Source: a bacterium
GTDB lineage: Bacteria; UBP14; UBA6098; 4484-93
Length of the DNA: 64,000 nt
NCBI GenBank assembly: GCA_021158465.1
Contig: JAGGUN010000022.1
Location: forward strand, 2,808 to 66,807
Reading direction: 5' to 3'
A program made the translations under genes and the position numbers. Shown in pieces: positions 9,418-18,910 of the stretch. The stretch's first letter is position 1; each line of letters starts with the position of its first letter. The notes beneath the pieces are model-generated. The model made no database searches. It saw only the letters and a list, made by a program, of their open reading frames with translations, and was not told the DNA's origin.

Positions 9418-9454
9418 TGTACCGTATGGGACGGGTAGTGTACTTATAGGGACA
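9418..9454. promoter_or_regulatory. Tandem candidate upstream activator sequences for an enhancer-binding protein
   Basis: TGTACCGTATGGGACG (9418-9433) and TGTACTTATAGGGACA (9439-9454): TGT-N10-ACA type, 21 bp apart. Confidence 0.5.
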
Positions 9455-9842
9455 GGTGTGCCTTCAAGGTGGAGAGAAACTCTTCTGGGTTATCCGGTTT
9501 TACCCGGAGCAATTGCTTATCCGTGAGAATAGATATAGAGTTATCCTTTTGTAGTTCGGTTGAGCGGATGCTCGAATACAGGACAGTTTTCTTTCCGATG
9601 GATTTCCTGATCACGAGTTTATTGGTCTTCAGGGTGTATGAGCGGTCGAGTCGGATGTAATTGTAGAGCATGAGTGTGATATAGAGTATGAAGCTGACAC
9701 CTCTTACTATTGGGTCTGTGACGGTGAAAAGAAGGGCAAACAGTACCCCTGTCAGGATGATAGCTACAGAGACAAAGAGAACCTGGTCATGGAAGGAGAG
9801 GTATGCCCAAAACCTCTTATTTAAATCCTCTATTTCTTTCAT
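9444..9842 (-). CDS. Membrane protein with bacterial PH-like domain
   Basis: Two TM helices followed by YTLKTNKLVIRKSIG..V.YSSI..V-type and C-terminal PDNPEEFL pattern. Confidence 0.6.
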   Translation of the reverse strand: MKEIEDLNKRFWAYLSFHDQVLFVSVAIILTGVLFALLFTVTDPIVRGVSFILYITLMLYNYIRLDRSYTLKTNKLVIRKSIGKKTVLYSSIRSTELQKDNSISILTDKQLLRVKPDNPEEFLSTLKAHLSL

Positions 9843-11139
9843 ATCCTTTGATAAGCTCCCTCATTTTTTTCATTATGCCGTCTATATGGACTCGTATCTG
9901 TTCCATCGTGTCTCTATCTCTTATTGTTACGGTGTTATCCTTGAGTGTTTGGGAGTCGACGGTTATGCAGAACGGGGTTCCCAGTTCGTCCATTCGGCGG
10001 TATCGTCTCCCGATGGAGCCGGACTCATCGTAGAACGGGTAAGCGAATTCTCTCAAATTCTCTGTAATCCTTCTTGCGATCTCTGGCATACGCTCGCGTT
10101 TGACGAGTGGGAAGACCCCCATAGTGAGTGGTGCGATCTTTGGGTGGAGCTTTAGAACAACTCGTTCAGGTTCTTCCTCATAGGCGTCGAGCAGGAGGAC
10201 GAGGATTGTCCTGTCGACCCCGCCTGATGTCTCAATTATGTGCGGTATATATCGGCGCTTGTTCTGGGTGTCGAAGTATGAGAGCTCCTTGCCGGAGAAG
10301 GATGAATGCTGTTTTAGGTCGAAGTCTCCCCTGTTGTGGATGCCTTCGATCTCCTTCCAACCGAACGGAAAGCTATATTCGATATCCACAGCCCTTTTTG
10401 CATAATGGGCAAGCTCATCTTTGTTATGCTCGTGGAATCGGAGGTTGTCCGCCCTTATGCCAAGGGAAATATACCATTTCATTCGTTCCTGTTTCCAGTA
10501 TTCAAACATCTCCTCGGACTGCTCGGGCGGGACGAAGTACTGCATCTCCATCTGCTCGAACTCTCTTGTCCGGAAGATGAAGTTTCCGGGTGAGATTTCG
10601 TTTCTGAAGGCTTTTCCTATCTGCGCAACGCCGAACGGCGGTTTTACCCTCGCTGATTGGATGATATTCAGGAAGTTGAGGTATATCCCCTGTGCCGTTT
10701 CAGGGCGGAGGTATATAGTGGATGCCTCGTCCTCGATTGGTCCTATATGCGTTTTGAACATTAGATTGAATAGCCTTGGCTTGGTAAGTTCTCCGCCGCA
10801 ATCGGGGCAGACAGGACTGGTTAGAGTATCCTGCTTGAAGCGGTGGTGGCATTTCTTGCACTCCACGAGTGGGTCAGTGAAGTTCTCGAGGTGCCCTGAT
10901 GCACGCCAGACATCCGGGTGCATAAGTATTGCTGAATCAAATCCGATTATATTCGGGTGTAGCTGGGTCATCTCGTGCCACCAGATGTCCTTGATATTCT
11001 TCTTCAAAAGGACACCGTAGGGACCGTAATCCCAGCAGCTGTTTATGCCACCGTATATCTCGCTCGATTGAAATATATACCCCCTTCTTTTGCAAAGTGA
11101 GATGAGTTTATCCATCAGTTCACCTGTCGGCTTTTGCAT
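9817..11139 (-). CDS. glyQS: Glycine--tRNA ligase (homodimeric alpha2 type)
   Basis: SEIYGG, DYGPYG, WRASGH, YLRPETAQG, GKAFRNEI, FRTREFEQME, SIGRRYRRMDE. Confidence 0.96.
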   Translation of the reverse strand: MQKPTGELMDKLISLCKRRGYIFQSSEIYGGINSCWDYGPYGVLLKKNIKDIWWHEMTQLHPNIIGFDSAILMHPDVWRASGHLENFTDPLVECKKCHHRFKQDTLTSPVCPDCGGELTKPRLFNLMFKTHIGPIEDEASTIYLRPETAQGIYLNFLNIIQSARVKPPFGVAQIGKAFRNEISPGNFIFRTREFEQMEMQYFVPPEQSEEMFEYWKQERMKWYISLGIRADNLRFHEHNKDELAHYAKRAVDIEYSFPFGWKEIEGIHNRGDFDLKQHSSFSGKELSYFDTQNKRRYIPHIIETSGGVDRTILVLLLDAYEEEPERVVLKLHPKIAPLTMGVFPLVKRERMPEIARRITENLREFAYPFYDESGSIGRRYRRMDELGTPFCITVDSQTLKDNTVTIRDRDTMEQIRVHIDGIMKKMRELIKGYERNRGFK

Positions 11140-11150
11140 ATCTATCTCCT

Positions 11151-12698
11151 CTAATATCTTACCCCTATTGTTGCTGTGAAAAATGGAGTTCTTGCATCGC
11201 TTGGACAGAACATCTGCCAGATGTATATTCCTGGTAACACGAGCTTACCCTCCTTGTCTCTGCCGTCCCAGGGCTCATCGTTCCGGATGGTTGCTATGAG
11301 GTTCCCCTCCATGTCGAATATCTTGACCAGAGTGTTCAGGTTCGGTGTGAATGTGACATAGTCGTTATATCCGTCGCTGTTTGGGGTAATTATTCGGGTT
11401 GAGCTCTTTGCAGGATATGGGCATTCCTCCGGGCAGAGATAAGCTATCTGGTTGATGGAGATATTGTCTGTTGAATCGCAGTCATCTGTGGTGGGGAATA
11501 CCTCTGTCTTGCTTGTTAGCTTGTCGAACTCTTGGCAGGTTGCCTTTGTCGGCTCGCGGACGAGGAATATTTTCTCCTCGCCTGGAAGGATTGAGTCTGT
11601 GTGGAATGTGTGGGATGTTTCCCCGTCGATGATTGATCTCTCCAAAAACTTCTGGATGATTTCCACATCGTAGGCTGGGATATCGCCTTTGTTAAAGATA
11701 TGGATGAGCAGGGTTACCGTGTCCATTGTGGACAGTCTTGCTCCGTGGGTACCGGAGATTTCCTGTCTTATGGAGAGGTCGTAGCAGTTCGAATCAACCC
11801 CGCAGATGGTTGTAAGGAACGCGTGGTTATCGGAGTATGTTCTCTCGAGACTATCGGAGGTGATGGTTGCCACATCGAAGAAACTGTCTGGTAGAAGGTG
11901 TGAGTGTATTGTGGTAGATAGAACGATAGAATCCACCTGGTCTGGGATAAGTGCTGGGATCTCCCAGATGATGGAGCCTCCGGTGGAATCGATTATCGGA
12001 TATGACGAAGAAATGCTTGTTATTCCTATATTTCCACCGAGATTTTCACTTAAAAGTATGTTCTCCACAGGGGTTTCACCGTTATTTCCAAAGTGAATGG
12101 TGTAGCTGATGGTACCTGTTTCATCACAGCCATAGGAGGACTCGGATTTGCTTACCCAGAGGTTTGGGATGAATGTTGGTAGTGTATCCTTGCAGAATGT
12201 AGTGTTGTCGGTAAAGCTCTCGAACTCGGTGTGATTGTAGAGGCATGTGCCTGCCCGGAGGGTTATGCAGTTGGTGCCTGATGGTGTTGGGTCTGGGAGG
12301 GAAGTTACATCGATATTTGCCAGAATTGAGATAGAAAAGCTCTCACCTGATGGAATTCGCGGGATGGAGAATATGTATGTATTATCCGTATGTTCTGCAG
12401 GGTATACGCCGGGAGGTAATATAGGGGGCTCATCGTGGATTGGAAGAATGTAGTGGTCGGGCAACTGAACGATAAGCGTGCATGATGATGCTTCTGTGTT
12501 TCCGCTGTTCGAGCCGACGATGATATACTGGAGTGGAAAGAGTGAGTTTGTATCACTGACTGTGTATCTGTCGCAGGGGCCGGCAAGCTCCGACGGGTCG
12601 GTGTAGATTCTGACACCGAGCGCCTGGGAGCTTACGCCTCCGAGGGCAACGGTTGGAGTGAGGATGATTGCAAGTGTGATGAAGATATTCTTTCTCAT
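11151..12698 (-). CDS. Secreted protein with DUF11-like Ig domains and type B T9SS (gliding-motility-associated) C-terminal domain
   Basis: Signal peptide from ATG 12698 (MRKNIFITLAIIL...); NLWVSK..ISYTIHFGNNG and DLSIRQ..IFNKGD repeats; IITPNSDGYND...WDG...PGIY C-terminus. Confidence 0.8.
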   Translation of the reverse strand: MRKNIFITLAIILTPTVALGGVSSQALGVRIYTDPSELAGPCDRYTVSDTNSLFPLQYIIVGSNSGNTEASSCTLIVQLPDHYILPIHDEPPILPPGVYPAEHTDNTYIFSIPRIPSGESFSISILANIDVTSLPDPTPSGTNCITLRAGTCLYNHTEFESFTDNTTFCKDTLPTFIPNLWVSKSESSYGCDETGTISYTIHFGNNGETPVENILLSENLGGNIGITSISSSYPIIDSTGGSIIWEIPALIPDQVDSIVLSTTIHSHLLPDSFFDVATITSDSLERTYSDNHAFLTTICGVDSNCYDLSIRQEISGTHGARLSTMDTVTLLIHIFNKGDIPAYDVEIIQKFLERSIIDGETSHTFHTDSILPGEEKIFLVREPTKATCQEFDKLTSKTEVFPTTDDCDSTDNISINQIAYLCPEECPYPAKSSTRIITPNSDGYNDYVTFTPNLNTLVKIFDMEGNLIATIRNDEPWDGRDKEGKLVLPGIYIWQMFCPSDARTPFFTATIGVRY

Positions 12699-12709
12699 AA
12701 TATGTTGTT

Positions 12710-13852
12710 CTATTTCAGTAGTACAGCCTTTTGGGTGGTTCGTACGGGGCCGGATACGAACTCGACAATATAAACTCCCGATCTCGCCTCCTCCGGGTGC
12801 CAGATAACTGAGTTTTCTCTCTCGAACGATGCGATTTCCCTTCCTGTTATATCGTATATTCTGAAATCTCCTGGGTAATCTGCTCTTATGTGGACGGATG
12901 AGTTGAACGGGTTCGGGAAGATGGAAATCGAAATATCCTTCGGTGATAGAGGGATCTCGTTCACCGTGGATGTATCTCCTCGTGCCTCGTCGGTGGCGGC
13001 GCTGATTGTTTCGAGGTCCTCGCCGCAGACGAAGGCGAATGATATTGTGTCGGTTTCTCCGCCTGCAGGAATATCGTTCAGGATTATAACGGAGTACACG
13101 GCACAATCTGTATCCGAGATAGAACTATCCCAGGTGGGGGATATGATAAGCTCAAGGATATCCTCAGGGGAGTTTCCGTTTCCATACCAGTTGTTGAAGT
13201 TACCAAAGAGGACAGGGAGGGTGTCGGTGAGTATAGCGAACCCAGTCCAGATGGAGGAGGTAGGGTCATATTCGTATAGAAGAAGCCTTGTCGAGTCCAG
13301 CCCGCAGTAGTCGTTGTTGAAGTCGTATGCAGGAATGTCGGCGTCGTAGAAGAAGAGCAGCTTCCCACCTGTTAGATTCTCGGCTGAATTGTTGGAGAGC
13401 AATATATTGAGTTTTATCCAGTGCTCGTTTGACTTGTAGGATAACACCATCTGATAGATGGTGATGCCGATGGTTGTATCCTGGAATGAGAATGAGGATA
13501 CAGCTGATGTGGAGTCCTCGAACGCCTCGAGAGAATCCATTGTTGAGAATGTTCCAGAAGATAGTTCTCCCTCATCATTTGCTTGCCCGAAAGCGGTATG
13601 TTCAGGAAATTCTTCGAAGTAGAGGGCAAAGAATGCCCGCCAGAGATTGTCGGTGGAGGAGGTTCCGAGGTTGTGATAGACAAATCCGCCTGGTAGATGA
13701 TCATCCACGCGGAGCGAGGTTGCTCCGGTATTGTGCAGGAAGAGCGTCTTGGAAGAGGCAAGAGGTTTTGCGGTATATGAAAGGAAACCCCCACCGAGAA
13801 CAAGCATGATGGGGAGTGTCTTGCGTAAAGAAGGTATCGGAGCTAATAGCAC
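12710..13852 (-). CDS. Secreted protein with type A T9SS C-terminal sorting domain
   Basis: C-terminal IFPNPFNSS...IYDITGREI...W...SGVYIV...KAVLLK; exact start uncertain. Confidence 0.8.
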   Translation of the reverse strand: MLLAPIPSLRKTLPIMLVLGGGFLSYTAKPLASSKTLFLHNTGATSLRVDDHLPGGFVYHNLGTSSTDNLWRAFFALYFEEFPEHTAFGQANDEGELSSGTFSTMDSLEAFEDSTSAVSSFSFQDTTIGITIYQMVLSYKSNEHWIKLNILLSNNSAENLTGGKLLFFYDADIPAYDFNNDYCGLDSTRLLLYEYDPTSSIWTGFAILTDTLPVLFGNFNNWYGNGNSPEDILELIISPTWDSSISDTDCAVYSVIILNDIPAGGETDTISFAFVCGEDLETISAATDEARGDTSTVNEIPLSPKDISISIFPNPFNSSVHIRADYPGDFRIYDITGREIASFERENSVIWHPEEARSGVYIVEFVSGPVRTTQKAVLLK

Positions 13853-14205
13853 GCTTTTACCCTTTTGAAGAACTCATCAGCTTCTTCTTTGGTTATCTTA
13901 CCATCAGCAAGCATCTCCTTGACATACGGGATAAGGGTTACATCAGCCTTCGCCTTCCCATTATATATTGCTTCCTTGAACTCCCGTAATGTCCGCTTTG
14001 CCTTTTCTTTGTCGTACCCCTTGGGGAGGCGTTTGACAAGATGTGAGTCGAGGAATGCAAAGGCTGCCTCGATTTGTTCCTTCTTTTCCTTAATAGCCCG
14101 ACTGGCGGCTTGGTGTCTGAGTAGAAAGAATATCCCTATACCCACAGCAATGAGGAGGATTATTATAAGGAGTAGAAGGAATATTTTCCCTTGTTCTCTT
14201 TTCAT
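13843..14205 (-). CDS. Hypothetical membrane-anchored basic protein
   Basis: Single long N-terminal hydrophobic helix; ATGA overlap with the rplQ stop. Confidence 0.7.
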   Translation of the reverse strand: MKREQGKIFLLLLIIILLIAVGIGIFFLLRHQAASRAIKEKKEQIEAAFAFLDSHLVKRLPKGYDKEKAKRTLREFKEAIYNGKAKADVTLIPYVKEMLADGKITKEEADEFFKRVKACY

Positions 14206-14660
14206 TCTTTTTTCTCCGTTTGTTCCTCTTTGGTAGCGGTCTTGGTTTCCTTCTTGGTAGCGGTTCTTTTCTTTTTTGGTTTTTCCTCTGATTTCTCCTC
14301 GCTGGGGACGATTTCGAATATTGCCATTTCTGCTCCGTCGCCGAGCCGTCTTCCGAGCCTGAGTATCCTTGTGTATCCACCTTTCCTGGGGGTGTTCCTG
14401 AACATAGGGGCGACCTCATTGATCAGAGTGAAAGCAGAGAGCTCATCTCTGAGTGTGCTTATAATGTTCCGTTTATCGGCAAGTGTTGGTTCTATTGCCA
14501 GAGAGATGAGCTTGTCTGCCAGAGGTTTTGCTGCTTTTGCCTTTTGAAGCGTAGTTTTCACCCTCTTGTAGCGGAACAGGGAGCTAACAAGGTTTGCCAG
14601 CATCGCCCGCCTATGAGGGGTCTTGCGTCCCAGTTTTGGTACTTTCTTCCCGTGTCTCAT
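14202..14660 (-). CDS. rplQ: 50S ribosomal protein L17 (with Lys/Glu-rich tail)
   Basis: MRHGKKVPKLGR..HRRAMLANL, GGYTRI, R.GD.AEMA. Confidence 0.97.
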   Translation of the reverse strand: MRHGKKVPKLGRKTPHRRAMLANLVSSLFRYKRVKTTLQKAKAAKPLADKLISLAIEPTLADKRNIISTLRDELSAFTLINEVAPMFRNTPRKGGYTRILRLGRRLGDGAEMAIFEIVPSEEKSEEKPKKKRTATKKETKTATKEEQTEKKE

Positions 14661-15648
14661 AACTTGCTCCTGGCTGTTTTTTCATGTATTTTGATATATC
14701 CATTCCGAAGGAAAGTCCGAATTTTGCCAGTGTCTCGGTGAGTTCCTGCAGCGATTTCTTGCCGAAGTTCTTGTATCGTATCATTTCCTGTTCTGTCTTC
14801 TGGACGAGGTCTCCCAGAGTTCTTATATTTGCTGCTTTGAGGCAGTTGGACGAACGAACAGAGAGCTCGAGCTCCTCCACCGGTGTTTCGAACAGCTTGC
14901 GCATCCTGATGATGTTGGGGTCCTCCTCTTCTTCCTCGATTCCTTCTATCTCTGTTTCTGGTCTGACGAGGAGCTTGAAATGTTTTATCAGTATATGGGC
15001 TGCCTTGGCAATGGTGTCCTCAGGGGAGATGCTTCCGTCGGTGGTTACCTCGAGGAGTAGCTTGTCGTAATCTGTCTTCTGCCTGACCCTGGTAGGAACC
15101 ACATGAAAAACGACATTCTTGATAGGGGTAAATATCGAATCCACTGGGATAACACCAACGGGGTCCTTGGTTCTACGGTTTTCTTCGGCGAGGGCGTACC
15201 CTTTACCTATTCCCAGTTCAAACTCCATAACGAGCTTCCGTTTGGATGTTATTGTGCATATCTTGTGCTCTGGGTTAATTATTTCGATCCCTGGCGGGGT
15301 TTGTATTTCACCCGCTAAGACATCTCCTTCTTTTTCTACCTCGAGCCTGAGTGGTGGGAGGGTATCGGATGTGGAACGGAACCTTATTCCTTTTATGTTC
15401 AGAATGATTTCGGGGACATCTTCGAGTACCCCATCGATGGTAGAAAACTCATGGAGGACTCCATCTATTCGCACCCTTGTTATAGCGATCCCCTGAATGG
15501 ATGAGAGTATCACCCTTCTTAGGGCGTTTCCTATGGTGGTGCCGTATCCCTTTTCGAGGGGTTCGAGGATGAATCTGCCAAAATTTGGATTATCTGGGGA
15601 GGTCTCCTTGACCAGTTGCTTTGGCATCTGCATAGGTTTCCATTTCAT
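14611..15648 (-). CDS. rpoA: RNA polymerase alpha subunit
   Basis: EPLEKGYGTTIGNALRR, HEFSTI.GV.EDV, LELSVRSSNCL, NFGKKSL. Confidence 0.97.
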   Translation of the reverse strand: MKWKPMQMPKQLVKETSPDNPNFGRFILEPLEKGYGTTIGNALRRVILSSIQGIAITRVRIDGVLHEFSTIDGVLEDVPEIILNIKGIRFRSTSDTLPPLRLEVEKEGDVLAGEIQTPPGIEIINPEHKICTITSKRKLVMEFELGIGKGYALAEENRRTKDPVGVIPVDSIFTPIKNVVFHVVPTRVRQKTDYDKLLLEVTTDGSISPEDTIAKAAHILIKHFKLLVRPETEIEGIEEEEEDPNIIRMRKLFETPVEELELSVRSSNCLKAANIRTLGDLVQKTEQEMIRYKNFGKKSLQELTETLAKFGLSFGMDISKYMKKQPGASYETREESTKTGTQDPS

Positions 15649-15672
15649 ACAAAGATCCCCCTTTGTTTTGGT

Positions 15673-16302
15673 CTAACGGGAGTAGAACTCGACTACCAGC
15701 TGTTCGTTGAGAGGAAGAGGTATTTGGTCTCGTGTAGGAATGGCGAGCAGTTTCCCCTCAAGTTTTGCTTTGTCCACCTGGATCCAGGGAAGTTGCTCGA
15801 TCCTTCCGGCTTTACTCAGGCTATTGTGTATTATTTCAAGTCCTCTGGATTTCTCCTTGACCTTGACCACATCACCTGCTTTGAGGATATACGATGGGAT
15901 GTTTACTATCCTGCCGTTGACAGTGAAGTGTCTGTGGCTGACGAGTTGTCTTGCGGCTGCTCTTGATGGTGCGAACCCGCATCGAAAGACAAAATTATCG
16001 AGTCGTCTTTCCAGAAGGGCAAGGAGATTTTCGCCTGTTTTTCCAGGGAGGCGTTCTGCCCTGTGGAAGAATATCTTGAACTGTCTCTCGGATAGTCCGT
16101 AGTAGTATCTTATCTTCTGTTTTTCCCTGAGCCTAATTCCAAAATCCGACATCTTCCCGATGAACTTTGTATGCTTGTCCCCTGGTGGGTAGCTTTTGGT
16201 ATTGAATGGGCAGTGATCGGAGAAGCATTTATCCCCTTTGAGGAAGAGTTTAGTTCCTTCCCTTCGGCAGATTCGGCATCTTGGTCCTGTATATCTTCCC
16301 AT
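15673..16302 (-). CDS. rpsD: 30S ribosomal protein S4 (Zn-binding form)
   Basis: MGRYTGPRCRICRREG, LERRLDN, ARQLVSH, VVEFYSR; ATG 16302 with GGAGG SD. Confidence 0.97.
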   Translation of the reverse strand: MGRYTGPRCRICRREGTKLFLKGDKCFSDHCPFNTKSYPPGDKHTKFIGKMSDFGIRLREKQKIRYYYGLSERQFKIFFHRAERLPGKTGENLLALLERRLDNFVFRCGFAPSRAAARQLVSHRHFTVNGRIVNIPSYILKAGDVVKVKEKSRGLEIIHNSLSKAGRIEQLPWIQVDKAKLEGKLLAIPTRDQIPLPLNEQLVVEFYSR

Positions 16303-16315
16303 AATATCTTCCTCC

Positions 16316-16714
16316 TTATACCCTTCTTTTCCTCTTTGGTCGACACCCGTTGTGTGGGACGGGGGTAACATCCTTGATTCTCAAGACATTCAATCCAGCG
16401 CTCTGGAGTGAGCGGATAGCGGCTTCTCTGCCTGAGCCAGGTCCTTTGACCACAACATCTACCTTCTTGACTCCCATATTTATTGCTTCTCTGGCAACTT
16501 TTTGGGCGGCGAGCTGGGCGGCGTAGGGTGTGGACTTCTTGCTTCCCTTATATCCTATTGTTCCGCCGGAGCTCCAGGTTAGGATATTCCCGGAGCGGTC
16601 GCTCAGGGCGATTATCGTATTATTGAAGCTTGCCTTTATGTGTGCCACGGCGTAGTCATCAACTCTCCGGCTAAGCTTCTTTGTTCTGGCGCTCCTACCT
16701 CTCTGTTTTGCCAA
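16316..16714 (-). CDS. rpsK: 30S ribosomal protein S11
   Basis: [30 protein letters not shown]; TTG start. Confidence 0.97.
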   Translation of the reverse strand: MAKQRGRSARTKKLSRRVDDYAVAHIKASFNNTIIALSDRSGNILTWSSGGTIGYKGSKKSTPYAAQLAAQKVAREAINMGVKKVDVVVKGPGSGREAAIRSLQSAGLNVLRIKDVTPVPHNGCRPKRKRRV

Positions 16715-16726
16715 GCTGTTTCCTCC

Positions 16727-17098
16727 CTATTTTTTCTTTTTTGTACCGATAGTTTTGCCTGGTCCCTTCCTTGTTCTTGCATTGGTTCGGGTTCTCTGGC
16801 CACGGACGGGCAATCCTCTCTTGTGCCGGATTCCGCGGTAGCAGTTGATGTCGATGAGCCGCTTGATATTCATTGCGATTTCCGTTCGTAGCGTACCCTC
16901 AACCTTGTAGTTGTTTTCTATCTCTTGCCGGATGCGGGTAATTTCCTCGTCTGTCAGCTCGGATACACGCTTTTGTGGGTCAACCCCTGTGGCTGCGAGT
17001 ATCTTTTCTGATGATGAGAATCCTATTCCGAAGATACGGGTTAGCGCTATTCTAACCTTCTTGTTCTTTGGTAGATCGATGCCAGCGATACGAGCCAT
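16727..17098 (-). CDS. rpsM: 30S ribosomal protein S13
   Basis: [34 protein letters not shown]. Confidence 0.97.
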   Translation of the reverse strand: MARIAGIDLPKNKKVRIALTRIFGIGFSSSEKILAATGVDPQKRVSELTDEEITRIRQEIENNYKVEGTLRTEIAMNIKRLIDINCYRGIRHKRGLPVRGQRTRTNARTRKGPGKTIGTKKKK

Positions 17099-17110
17099 CC
17101 TAAGCTCTCC

Positions 17111-17227
17111 TTACTTTCCTTGTCTTTGTTTGTGTTTTGGGTTCTCGCAGATCACATACACTGTTCCATGCCGCTTTATAATCTTGCATTTGGCACAGAT
17201 CTTCTTTACGCTTGCACGAACCTTCAT
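17111..17227 (-). CDS. rpmJ: 50S ribosomal protein L36 (Zn-binding form; absent from the ORF track)
   Basis: Manual translation [38 protein letters not shown]. Confidence 0.96.
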   Translation of the reverse strand: MKVRASVKKICAKCKIIKRHGTVYVICENPKHKQRQGK

Positions 17228-17241
17228 TATATCTCCTCCGT

Positions 17242-17460
17242 TTACTTATACCTATACACGATCCTGCCTTTTGTCAGGTCGTATGGTGAGAGTTCAATTC
17301 TCACCTTATCGCCTGGCAGAATGTGGATATAGTGCATCCTCATCTTGCCGGATACATATCCAAGAACAATGTGTCCGGTGTCGAGTTTCACCCTGAATGT
17401 GGTGTTAGGCAGAGCCTCGACAACCACTCCATCAACTGCTATGGCGTCCTTCTTAGCCAT
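17242..17460 (-). CDS. infA: Translation initiation factor IF-1
   Basis: [32 protein letters not shown]. Confidence 0.97.
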   Translation of the reverse strand: MAKKDAIAVDGVVVEALPNTTFRVKLDTGHIVLGYVSGKMRMHYIHILPGDKVRIELSPYDLTKGRIVYRYK

Positions 17461-17494
17461 ATCTTTTCATCTTCTTATCGTCTCGCTTACCTGC

Positions 17495-17524
17495 ATTATA
17501 TATGCAAATTTTCAATATATTCAA
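17495..17524 (-). promoter_or_regulatory. Possible internal promoter upstream of infA
   Basis: TTGAAT-N18-TATAAT in the AT-rich map-infA gap. Confidence 0.45.
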
Positions 17525-18277
17525 CTATCTAAGGTCGGTTAGTATCGCTGGTCCTTCGGGCAGAACAGCGACCGTGTGCTCAAAGTGAGCAGCAAGTGAG
17601 CCGTCTCTGGTTACGATTGTCCAGCCATCATCTGCTTCCTCCACGTGCCAGTCCCCCTCTGTGACCATTGGTTCGATCGCTATAACCATTCCTTCCTTAA
17701 GAGGTCTGTCGCCGTTCTGGGAGACGAAGTTTGGGATCTGTGGGTCTTCGTGTAGGTTTCTTCCGACACCGTGCCCGACGAGGTCTCTGACAACGCCGAA
17801 CCCTCTTTTCTCGACTGTTGTCTGGATTGCTCGTGAGATGTCCGATATCATATTTCCGACCCTTGCTGCTTCTATTCCGTTGAAAAGAGCCCTCCTTGTT
17901 GTTTTAAGAAGCTCCTCCGCCCGTGCGGATGGGGGCTTTCCGACTATGTAGCTCTTTGCTGCATCCGAGTAGTAGCCGTTTTTCAGAACACCGAGGTCTA
18001 TCGATACCAGGTCTCCTTCCTTGATAACCCTTTTGCTGGGTATCCCATGCACCACTTCCTCGTTAATGGATACGCAGATTGCTCCAGGGAACCCCTTATA
18101 CCCCTTGAATGCGGGATACGCCTTGTACTTGCGTATAATATGTTCTGCCACCTCCGCAAGGTAGAGCGTGGTTATACCTGGCTTCAACACCTCCTCAATG
18201 CTAAATAGTGCCTGAGCGAGGATCTTACCTGCTTCGCGGATTAGCTCTATTTCTCTTCTTGACTTGTACCAGACCAA
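17525..18277 (-). CDS. map: Methionine aminopeptidase type I
   Basis: CVSINEEVVHGIP, DLG..GYYSD, GHGVG..LHEDP, IEPM, AHFEHT. Confidence 0.96.
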   Translation of the reverse strand: MVWYKSRREIELIREAGKILAQALFSIEEVLKPGITTLYLAEVAEHIIRKYKAYPAFKGYKGFPGAICVSINEEVVHGIPSKRVIKEGDLVSIDLGVLKNGYYSDAAKSYIVGKPPSARAEELLKTTRRALFNGIEAARVGNMISDISRAIQTTVEKRGFGVVRDLVGHGVGRNLHEDPQIPNFVSQNGDRPLKEGMVIAIEPMVTEGDWHVEEADDGWTIVTRDGSLAAHFEHTVAVLPEGPAILTDLR

Positions 18278-18909
18278 TTTATCCTTTCAAGGATGCTTTT
18301 GAAAACCGCATCGATCTCACCATCAGTGTTAACTGTCAGGAACCCTGGACGGTTTCGATAGTAATTTAGTATCTCCGAGTAGTTCTTTCGGTAGATCTCG
18401 AGGCGGTGTCTGACCACATCCTCGTTATCGTCCTCGCGGTGGACGAGTGGTGTCCCATCATTATCGCAGACCTTATCCCTCTTTGGAGGGGATGAGATGA
18501 GGTTGTAGACCCTCCCGCAGGTGGGACAGACCACTCTGTTCTTCAGCCGCTCGATTATAACTTCATCGTCGATGTCGCAGTTAATCACATAGTCGAGATT
18601 AATTTTCAGTTTTAGAGAGAGCTCGTCCAGCTTTTTGGCCTGCTTCATATTTCTCGGGTAGCCATCGAGGATCACTCCGTTTGGGTTCTCTTTTAGGATC
18701 TTTTCGATGTAATCTGCCATAATCTCATCAGAGACGAGCTCACCGTTAGTCAGGGTCTTTTCTATCTTCTTGCCCAGTTCAGTTTTCGATGCCACCTCGA
18801 GGCGGAGGAGGTCACCGGTGGATATATGTGGAATGCCGAGCGCTTCTTCAAGCTTCTTGGCATAGGTTCCTTTTCCTGCGCCAGGCGGTCCCAGAAGAAC
18901 GATGAGCAT
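18247..18909 (-). CDS. adk: Adenylate kinase
   Basis: GPPGAGKGT, HISTGD, LDGYPR, Zn-lid CPTC..CDND. Confidence 0.96.
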   Translation of the reverse strand: MLIVLLGPPGAGKGTYAKKLEEALGIPHISTGDLLRLEVASKTELGKKIEKTLTNGELVSDEIMADYIEKILKENPNGVILDGYPRNMKQAKKLDELSLKLKINLDYVINCDIDDEVIIERLKNRVVCPTCGRVYNLISSPPKRDKVCDNDGTPLVHREDDNEDVVRHRLEIYRKNYSEILNYYRNRPGFLTVNTDGEIDAVFKSILERINWSGTSQEEK

Positions 18910-18910
18910 T

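Noticed and set aside
12699-13106. N-terminal extension of the 651-aa ORF
   Set aside because: Overlaps the upstream CTD gene in another frame; the signal peptide starts at ATG 12698.
14140-14205. Type IV prepilin-like signal (MKREQG|KIFLLLL)
   Set aside because: Lys at +1, no Glu at +5 and no pilus genes nearby; better explained as a simple membrane anchor.
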